From Phaeosaccion multiseriatum (taxonomy: Eukaryota > Protista > Ochrophyta, other classes), in assembly GCA_965112735.1 (NCBI GenBank), contig OZ218952.1, positions 1 to 64,000 on the forward strand: a stretch of DNA of 64,000 bases. Reading direction: 5' to 3'. Numbering within the stretch: the stretch's first letter is position 1; each line of letters starts with the position of its first letter. The notes beneath the pieces are model-generated. The model was not told the origin of the DNA and made no database searches. It saw only the letters and a list, made by a program, of their open reading frames with translations. Made by a program: the position numbers and the translations under genes. This document shows, one piece after another, positions 1 through 8,641 of the stretch.

Positions 1-714
1 GGAAGGAGGGAGCGAGGGAGGGAGGCAGGGAGGGAGGGAGGGAGGGAAGGAGGGAGGGAGGGAAGGAGGGAGGGAGGGAGGGAGGGAGGGACGCAGGGAG
101 GGAGGGAGGGAGGGGGGAGAGGGAAGGAGGGAGCGAGGGAGGGAGGCAGGAAGAGAGGGATGGAGGGAGGGAGGGAGGGACGGACGAAGGGCGGGAGGGA
201 GGGAGGGAGGGAGGGAGGGAGGGAGGGAGGGAGGGAGGGAGGGAGGAAGGGAGGGAGGGAGGGAGGGAGGGACGGAGGGAGGAAGGGAGACAGGGAGGGA
301 GGGAGTGGGGGAGGGAGGGACGGAGGGACGGAGCGAGGGAGGGAGCGAGGAAGGGAGGGAGGAAGGAAGGATGGGAGGGAAGGAGGAAGAGAAGGAGGAA
401 TGAAGGGAGGGAGGGATGGAGGGGAGGGAGGGAGGGTGGAAGGATACAGGGAGGGAGGGAGGTAGGGAGAGAGGCATGGAGGGAGAGAGGGAGGGAGGGA
501 GAGAGGGAGGGATGGACGGAGGGAGGGAGGGAGGGAACGAATGAGGGAGGCAGGCAGGCAGGCAGGGAGGGAGGAAGGGACGGAGGGAGGGAGGGAGGGA
601 GGAAGGAGAGAGGGAGGGAGGGAGGGAGGGAGGGAGGGAGGGAGCGAGGGAGGAGGGAGGGAGGCAGGGATGGCGCGAGGGAGGGAGGGAGGGAGGGAGG
701 GAGCGAGGAGGGAG
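1..714. repeat. Degenerate (GGGA)n purine-rich microsatellite
   Basis: Continuous GGGA/GGAG units. The 'GREGG' ORFs are just its translation. Confidence 0.97.
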
Positions 715-945
715 TGTGCTATTGTCCTATATAGTGTTGGGCATACATTCAGGGGTCACAGAAATATGAGTGTAACCTTCATGGACACCCCTGACCCAGG
801 GGGGATAGAAAGAGAGTGCTCTCCACTCTTTTCTTGCAAGCTCTAAGTGAGTAGTAAAGACTTAATACGGACACCGACGCCCCACCAGAGGCGCGGCGAA
901 TACTTGGTCCAAACCCCTTAAGCTTTTCTACGTCAGCTTAGCACA
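715..945 (+). repeat. 5' LTR of G1 (231 bp)
   Basis: TGTG...GCACA termini. Shares the AATACGGACAC...CCAAACCCCTT...TTAGCACA block with 12895-13142. Confidence 0.85.
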
Positions 946-1070
946 GAACTAGTTCTCGCATAAAGAGTTGCGAAAGAAAGAAATAGCATTTGCAGGAGTT
1001 CTGAGGAGACGTCCGACGAGACTTCAGCAGCGGCAGATATCAGGTCAGTCTTCTAGGGTAACCTAGGAAG

Positions 1071-1714
1071 ATGGCTATGTCTTCTTCAGACGCAGTTAGC
1101 GTTGACACGAGCGAGTGGAGAGGAGACTTTCCGATCCTTTCAGGGCAGAAGACTCCGTCTGGAGTTAAAAACTTCCTGTATGGCTTTGAGAGGGCCTCAG
1201 CAAGGATGCGTGATCGCAATAGGTCAAGTCGCATTCCCGACATGGCAACTTTGCTGTATGAGGTTCTGAGAATGGAAGCCAGCATGGAACTAAAGACAGT
1301 GGAAACAGATCTGAACACAGAGAGTGTGAAGAAATGGCTTGAGGATTGGTTGAAGAAACATTCTGAGAGCGACGTGCAGGGTGAGACACTTGCAGCTATT
1401 GCCAATAGCATCACGATAGACTGTCTGACTCGTGAGAATGCCGCAGCTTTGAGGGAGGCTCTGGGATATGCCCACACGAAGTTTATGGGCAAAATCAGTA
1501 ACAGCTGCTACAAGAGCCTGCTGCAAACAGAGGATAACACCAAAGCCAATTGGTATAAACCCAAAGATAAGGCGGCTACGAAGGCGTGTAAGCATGCTTT
1601 CACCAGTGATTTGACCAAGGACGATCCCAATATGATGAAGCTCATTAAGGATGCCGAGATACAGGCTCAGGGCACGATCGACTGGGATGAGAATTATGGA
1701 CAATGGTTTGAACT
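1071..1714 (+). pseudogene. gag: Gypsy gag N-terminal part, truncated by X repeat A at 1715
   Basis: Homologous to G2 gag (SRIPDMATLLYEVLR vs SRIPAMSTLVDEVLR; DWDENYGQWF vs DWHKDYSGWF). The C-terminus in the ORF track is read-through into repeat A. Confidence 0.8.
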
Positions 1715-3450
1715 CGCTGCTTCAGCAGCGGAGCCACGGAAGTTCTGTTCTCGCAGAGTGGAGTCGACGGAGAAACAGGGTATTGAGAGCCGAGGGGTAG
1801 GGTGTGGAGCGTGGGCGCGTGTGTGGACCCCGAGGGGGGTTTTAGGATAGAAATATATATGGTAGCAGATGGAAAAGCAGTGTTCTCTGCTGCTCGAGCT
1901 CAGAAGAGGAGGAGCCCTGCTGTACACGCCACCCTACCGTGATTGAAGGAGATCGAGAGCAGGTACGCGGGGGTGTGTGCAAGCAGGGAGGAGAGTAGAG
2001 ACGGTGGTGTAGGAAAGCAAGGATCGCAGTAGGGCCCGACTGCTTCTCTTGTGAGGGTGAAGGTGCTGTGTGCTTACTTGTGTCATGCTAACGGTTGCAA
2101 ACACAAGAGGTGCCCCCAATGCTAACGGTTGCAAGGGCTTGCGCTACGCACACACATCTAGTAGAAGTTTGAGAGCCTAGGTCTGACGTGCTAGCAGCCA
2201 GGTGCTCGCGTCTAGCCTAGAGTTTTTTCTTCTTCTCTCGCCGGTGACGGGGCCTCCACGCTCCCTCGTCGCCCTTTCCTCTCCATACGTTTCGCGGGGT
2301 TCTTCCACCCTAATCTCTCCGCCTCCTCCCTTCTCCACCCCGTGTGGCCCTTTCCCTACCGCGCGTGGTGTACCTTCGCCACCCCTCTGCCGCAGCAGCA
2401 GTATCCATCGCCCCCCCGCAGCAGCACGCGTTGTCAGTCGCCCCGGAGCAGCTCAGCATGTCTGTCTATGGCTCCTCGGCGGATCTCCGCCTCACCTTCG
2501 CAGATTCCTTCTCGGACAAAGCTTTTGTGGTTATTAAGGAGGCTGACAACGAGCTCGACTTCATGGCCGGCACTCTCTCTATGGGGGGCACCTCGTCACA
2601 GCCCACCTACACCCTGCGCTACCTGGACGACTCTGACAACCTGACTTTCGATGAGTGGACCTCGCTACTCGCCAAGGGGGCCAAATTTCGACGGACCCCT
2701 ACCCTCAAAGTCCGCTCTCGCCCCACCACTCCGCTAGAGGAAGGGGCCCTCTGGCACCTTATCTCCGACGCTACCCTCGAGCAGCTCGCACCCGGGGGGC
2801 CTGCCCAACTGGATCCCGCAGCCCGCCACCTTGGGGCCCTTTTTGACCCCATGGAGCGCGAGGCGGCAGCTGCCGAGCTTGTGGAGGAGGAGAGGCACGC
2901 TACAGACGCGGAGGGGGTGGAGGAGGTGGCCGCTGGAGGGGGTGATACTTCCCCGGGGGACGCGGAGGTGGATGCCGAGGATGGCGAGGAGGAGGGGAAG
3001 GAACACGAGGCCGAGCCGGCCGCAGACGCGGCCATGGTGGTGGCTCCTGTCTCTGCGACGACGCCCCAAGCCCCTGTGACGCAGGAGCTCCGCGATTTGG
3101 AGCTCGCCGCCCACCGCATGGAGTTGGAGGAGCGCATGGCTGCCGTTCGCGACCGCCAGCGTCATCGGGAGTTGGCGTCCCAACTCGACCTCGACAAGCT
3201 CGCCCAAGCCCGTGCCCTCTCCGCCAAGGAATCCGCTGTCGCCCTCAGCCGCGCTTCCCGTGACGCCGAGGCCCTTGCCCTCTCGGAGGCGACCTGCACC
3301 GAAACAAAAGGTAAAGCTATCCCCACTGCTGCCCTCCTGCTCAACAGAGGCACCGCCAGCCCGGTCATCAAGAGGGGTGCTGCGGGGATGAAGGAAGTCG
3401 CCCAACGCTTCCACATCACCGCCTCCACTGCCCTCGACCCCATCTCCGAG
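1715..3450 (+). mobile_element. Family X split-direct-repeat element, 5' part of a probably autonomous copy (A1 plus ORF1), truncated
   Basis: Starts with the CGCTGCTTCAGCAGCG A terminus. After A it continues TCTTCTCTCGCCGGTGACGGGG like the copies at 27306 and 37172. Joins G2 gag at CTCCGAG (3444-3450). Confidence 0.8.
2458..3450 (+). pseudogene. X-family ORF1 (putative gag-like, acidic linker plus coiled coil), 3'-truncated
   Basis: Open frame 2344-3552 with first ATG at 2458. Contains the heptad-like ELRDLELAAHRMELEERMAAVRDRQ. Codons after about 3450 are out-of-frame G2 gag. Confidence 0.55.
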
Positions 3451-4729
3451 CGAAGAAAACCCCTCTGTTCAAATCCATGGAGTGGGACGTTGAGACAAAC
3501 GATGATGTTTACGGCAAGCCCCAATCAGGAGCTACTGCCAAGGCTGCGATGATTGCTTTCAAGACAGTGATCAAGCGTGCTGATGTCGGCATGCACGCAG
3601 TAGTAGTGAGCCACGAGCAGTCGAAGCCGATGGACTGGCACAAGGACTACAGTGGTTGGTTCAAGTCGGTGGTGGAAGTCATGATGAAGTTTCATGAGAC
3701 ACGCGCCATGGTCCGTAGTATCAATCTTCCCCTCACAGCACTCTTCCCTGGAGCAAAATTGACCAAGCTCAAAGGAGGTGCAGGAGGAGGAGGAGCAAGA
3801 GAAGAGGACAGAAAGCAAGATTCGGTGCGTGAACCACGTCGCCATGACAAGAAACGCAAGAGAAATGAAGATTACCGCGCGTTGCGGCAGCAGCAGAACA
3901 GTGATACTGCAGCTGCCAAGGCCGCTGACACTCAGGTCAGTGGTAGTGCCAAGGAAGGGGAAGGGTCGGGAGCCAAGGGTGGAGGCAGTGCCTCAGACCA
4001 AGAGAGCTCTGACCGAGTGTGCTTTGGGTGTGGAAAGCCTGGACATGGTTTGAGCGATTGCAAGACAACCCCTAAGGATAAGAAGAAGGCTATTTGGAAG
4101 AAGAAGCACCCCCCTGGCAATCGTTCAATGACTGCCTCAGTAGAGGAGTTGTCGGACAAGACAGTGGCCGTGAACACAGAAGGTGATCGAGGCGCTGTGA
4201 CCATTCGAGGCAAGGCAGAGCCGGAGATGGTGGAAGTACCTGCCCTCATGAGGATACCTTTCATATGGGATAGTGGGAATGACTTTGCGGCTTGCACCAC
4301 ACCGGAGATTGCGAAGCTCTGTGTGGAGAAGCTAGGGGCCAGGATAGAGGCGTGTGAGCCTGTTACGGTCAAGACCGCCAACGGCTTGGCAGAGACCAGC
4401 CAAGTGGTGAAGGGCATTTACTTAGAGTTTGAGATGCCGCATGCGACAGTGACGACGAGACAGATGGCAGAGAAGTACAACAACGCCTACGTCTTGGAAG
4501 GGCTGGACCAGCTTTGCCTTGGTCGCCCTCTGCAGGAACACTTTGGCCTGAAGGGCATTGGTGAGCAGTTCATGCAGAAGTTCAATGTCAAGAGGGTTGA
4601 GGAGGTGTTGGAGGCTGAGCGTGGGCGCGCCCTTGCAGAGAAGGAGCAAGAGCCTTACGGTTCGAGCGCCGCGCGAGTGATGAGCTTCCATTCCGAAAGC
4701 CCTACACTGCCGGAGGATGACCTCTTGCC
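3444..4729 (+). pseudogene. gag: G2 gag (CCHC knuckle) and aspartic protease
   Basis: CFGCGKPGHGLSDC zinc knuckle and FIWDSG protease motif. Interrupted by an inverted A repeat. Confidence 0.92.
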
Positions 4730-5150
4730 CTTGCAACTGTTAGCATTGGGGGCACATCTTGTGTTTGCAACTGTTAGCATGACACAAGTAAGCACACAGC
4801 ATCCTCACCCTCACAAGAGAAGCAGTCGGGCCCTACTGCGATCCTTGCTTTCCTACACCACCGTCTCTACTCTCCTCCCTGCTTGCCCACACCCCCGCGT
4901 ACCTGCTCTCGATCTCCTTCAGTCACGGTAGGGTGGTGAGTGCAGCAGGGCTCCTCCTCTTCTGAGCTCGAGCAGCAGAGAACACTGCTTTTCCATCTGC
5001 TGCCATATATATTTCTATCCTAAAACCCCCCTCGGGGTCCACACACGCGCCCACGCACCACACCCTACCCCTCGGCTCTCAATACCCTGTTTCTCCGTCG
5101 ACTCCACTCTGCGAGAACAGAACTTCCGTGGCTCCGCTGCTGAAGCAGCG
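4727..5150 (-). mobile_element. Truncated X repeat A (about 420 bp) inserted inverted in G2 gag-pol
   Basis: Reverse complement of roughly 7819-8242. G2 sequence resumes directly on both sides. Confidence 0.95.
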
Positions 5151-7818
5151 TGGTGAGTGACACAGAAGTCCCGAGGGTGGGAGCGATAGGCTCTCACCAA
5201 GTAACTAATGAAGTAGTGGACAAGTATGACAGTGTCATTGATTTCATCCAGCAGCCTGAAGCTGGGCAGGCTCCCTCTATGGAGGAGCTGCGCAGTCGGT
5301 TAGGGGGTGAAGTAGACAGAGCGGTGAGGGAGCATGGCTTCCCCGCCAAGTTGAGAGAGCCGATGATGAAGGCTCTTTTGAAGCATCCAGATGTGTGGCG
5401 CAACAAGCTGTTGTGCACAGATCCACCTGCCAAGGTGGAGCCTATGAAGGTGCAGTGGTATGACCACCAGCCTTTCTCTCGTCTTCCTATTCGGCAGGCT
5501 GGAGCGAAAGCCGCTGCCTGTAGGGAGTTCGTGAATAAGATGATTGACAATGGACTAGGGTATAGCAATCCACAGAGTCCGTATGCAAACCCAGCCTTTG
5601 CCGTTGCCAAGCCTGGCAAGCCCGGCGAGTATAGGATAGTTTGCGACCTTAGAGGAGTGAATCACTATGTGGTCAAGACTGATTTTGCCCTAGGCAATGT
5701 TGAGGACTACACTGAGGCCATGCGTGGCTGCAACTGGTTCACAGAGGGGGATCAGGTGGACTGTTTTTGGCAACAGCCTCTTGATAAAGACAGTCAAGAG
5801 CAGCACACCTACATTACTCCAGAGGCCAAGATCACTCCAACCAGAGTGCCTCAAGGCCAGAAGAATTCTGCGGCGTTTGTACAGGGTACGATGACAAATG
5901 TTTTCCGCAAAGAGCTTGCAAAGACAATTGGTGTGTACATTGATATTGTGTTTGGCTGGGGAGTTACAGGGGAGGACATTGTCGAGAGAGCAGAGCTGAT
6001 CATGGACAGAATGCACGAGCACAGACTGAAGCTTGGCATAAAGTCTTTTCGGCTCGGCAGAGATTTGAAGGCCCTTGGTCGGATATATGACAAGTTCGGC
6101 ACCCGCCATGACCCCGCTCGCATCCAGGGCCTGCTTGATCTGGGACGCCCAGTCACTGCGGCCAACTTGATGGAGTTTCTTTGTGCTCTCCAGTGGTTCC
6201 ACAAGTTCATACCAAAGTTCGCGCAGCTAGTAGGGCCTTTACAGCAGTTGCTGCATAAGGCATTTGGCCTTGCTAAGGTGAAGCCGCATCAGCAGAAGCG
6301 TTCCAAGGTCGTGGCAGCGACCGTCGATCTTGAAGGATTGTGGGAGTCAGAGCATGAGCAGGCCTTCCTGGCAATCAAGAAGGAGCTGGCATACAACACT
6401 GTTCGTGCCCACCCTGACCCTGAGAAGGTGGCTCTTGTTTTCCCCGATGCAAGTGACCTTTACTGGGGCTGCATGATTGCACAAGTCAGCCCTGACCAGT
6501 TGAGTCGCCCCGTCGAAGAAATGGACATGGAGCCTCTTGCACTTTGCTCGGGTGCGTATGTGAAGCACGAGCTTGCTCGCGCAACTGTTGATAAGGAAGG
6601 AGATGCAGTACATCGAGGTATGAATCAGAATGAGTACGCCTTGGTGTCAGCAAAGAAAGTCGTCATCTACTGCGACCACCGCAATTTGGCTTACCTCTTT
6701 TCTAATGACCCGGCTTACCCGGGCATGACCAAGCCTATGAGAGAACGTCTCCAGCGCACAGCAGTCAGTCTGCAGCGCTTTGATTACACGATTGAGCACA
6801 TTCCGGGCGAGCGCCATACGTGGGCAGATATTCTTAGTCGTTGGCGTGATAAGTGTAGTGCAGCTGTGGTGCCCAAGGTACTGACGCTGCGCAAGTTTGG
6901 GCCAATGCAAGTGTTTGACATGATGTGTGACGACTTCCTGTGGCCCTCTGCACTTGAGATCGCGGCCATTCAGGCTGAGGCTTTGCTTAGTCTGCCGGAC
7001 CAGAGCAAGGAGGTGGGGGAGTATGGCCGAGTACTTTTCCTATCTCCAGCTGGCGACGACCGATTGATTCGTGCGAGTACAGTCGATGGAGACCCGAAGA
7101 CCTTCAAGCAGGTCTGGATCCCTCACAAGGCAGAGGATTTGAGAGTGAGGATGACAGTGATTGGTCATCAAGGCAGCATGGGACACAGAGGTGTCAGCAA
7201 CACTCTTAGTGCCCTCCATGAGAAGTTTCTGTGGATGGGGCAGGAGAAGGACGTGAAGAGCTTCATTCGTGACTGCCTTCATTGTCTTAGCAACGGCGTA
7301 GGTGAGCGCATTCCGCGACCGCTACTGGAGCAGTGGCACGCGACGGGGCCTCAACAGATGATCTGTTTCGACTACGTTAAGATCGGCGATGGTATCATGT
7401 ATATGGACGCGCCAAGTGGGTTTCAAGAGATCCAAGTGAAGTACGTGCTATGTATTATGGATGACTTCTCGTCTCTGACGATGTACGAGCCGTGCTATGA
7501 AGCTACTGCGAAGGGATGTGCCCGTGCTCTGCTGCGATGGTTCGCGCAGCATGGAATCGTCCAGCGGTGGATGAGTGATAGAGGTGCTCACTTCTTGAAC
7601 GAAGTGATGGACGAGCTGCGGCAGCTGTTACGGTGTCATCATCACTTTGTGGTGGCACACAACCCATACAGCAGAGCCTTGGCGGAGCGAGGAGTGCAGA
7701 CTTTACAGAAGATTATGCAAGCGCTCATGTCAGAGCTCAGGCAGCCGCCAGAGACGTGGCCACAGTTGTTGCCCGTCATGGAGTCCATTGAGAACAGCAC
7801 CAGCAAGAGTAGCCGCTC
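5151..7818 (+). pseudogene. pol: G2 pol: RT, RNase H, integrase zinc finger and DDE core (3'-truncated)
   Basis: RIVCDLRGVN, PQGQKNS, YIDI; VFPDAS...KE...CDH...WADILSR; H-X4-H...CLHC; FDY...SDRG...AER. Confidence 0.95.
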
Positions 7819-8614
7819 CGCTGCTTCAGCAGCGGAGCCACGGAAGTTCTGTTCTCGCAGAGTGGAGTCGACGGAGAAACAGGGTATTGAGAGCCGAGGG
7901 GTAGGGTGTGGTGCGTGGGCGCGTGTGTGGACCCCGAGGGGGGTTTTAGGATAGAAATATATATGGCAGCAGATGGAAAAGCAGTGTTCTCTGCTGCTCG
8001 AGCTCAGAAGAGGAGGAGCCCTGCTGCACTCACCACCCTACCGTGACTGAAGGAGATCGAGAGCAGGTACGCGGGGGTGTGGGCAAGCAGGGAGGAGAGT
8101 AGAGACGGTGGTGTAGGAAAGCAAGGATCGCAGTAGGGCCCGACTGCTTCTCTTGTGAGGGTGAGGATGCTGTGTGCTTACTTGTGTCATGCTAACAGTT
8201 GCAAACACAAGATGTGCCCCCAATGCTAACAGTTGCAAGGGCTTGCGCTACGCACACGCATCTAGTAGAAGTTAGAGACCCTTAGCCTGGTGTAGTATGG
8301 AGCTCTCGCCGGGCAAAAGGTTTTTTCTTTCTCCACCCACCCACCCATCTAGATTAGTTTAGTACTTAGTAGTTAGATACTCAGTAGTTAAGGGGGGGAT
8401 GAGCGGCTCCTCGGAACCGCTGCCCCCAAAGGCCCGTGCTCGCCCCCGTCAGGGGAGCGACACCCCAGGGACACTGTGTGCCTCGAGGTGAGTCCTCCAC
8501 AGGACTGCACTCTTAATGAAAAGTTTATCCCCCAGCATTGGCGACGACTGAATGTGGAGGAGCGAGGCCTCTCAATGGGTACCCAGTTTTGATGGAGTGC
8601 AACGACTGCGAGAA
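7819..8614 (+). mobile_element. X-family solo A-spacer-B unit (796 bp)
   Basis: Same length and layout as A2-spacer-B2 (39793-40588) of the complete X copy, but not preceded by B1. Confidence 0.9.
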
Positions 8615-8641
8615 ATACCGTGTTGGTGGAGTCCACCATGT

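Larger units (their letters stand above)
715..1714 (+). mobile_element. Gypsy family G1, 5' fragment (LTR, leader, truncated gag)
   Basis: The LTR 3' half aligns with the G2 and G3 LTRs. It is followed by the same GAACTAGTTCTCGCAT motif as G2, and a gag-like ORF follows. Confidence 0.85.
3444..7818 (+). mobile_element. Gypsy chromovirus family G2, internal fragment (gag C-term, PR, RT, RH, IN core)
   Basis: Closely similar to the minus-strand G2 copy at 18843-22936, with PR-RT-RH-IN domain order. Confidence 0.95.

Noticed and set aside
160-846. GREGG-repeat proteins
   Set aside because: Microsatellite translation.
1860-1869. TGGTAGCAGA as a tRNA-iMet PBS inside repeat A
   Set aside because: The other five A copies read TGGCAGCAGA, and it is not adjacent to a repeat boundary.
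2619-3414. Long antisense ORFs over ORF1 and over pol regions
   Set aside because: Shadow frames of GC-rich coding sequence, with no motifs.
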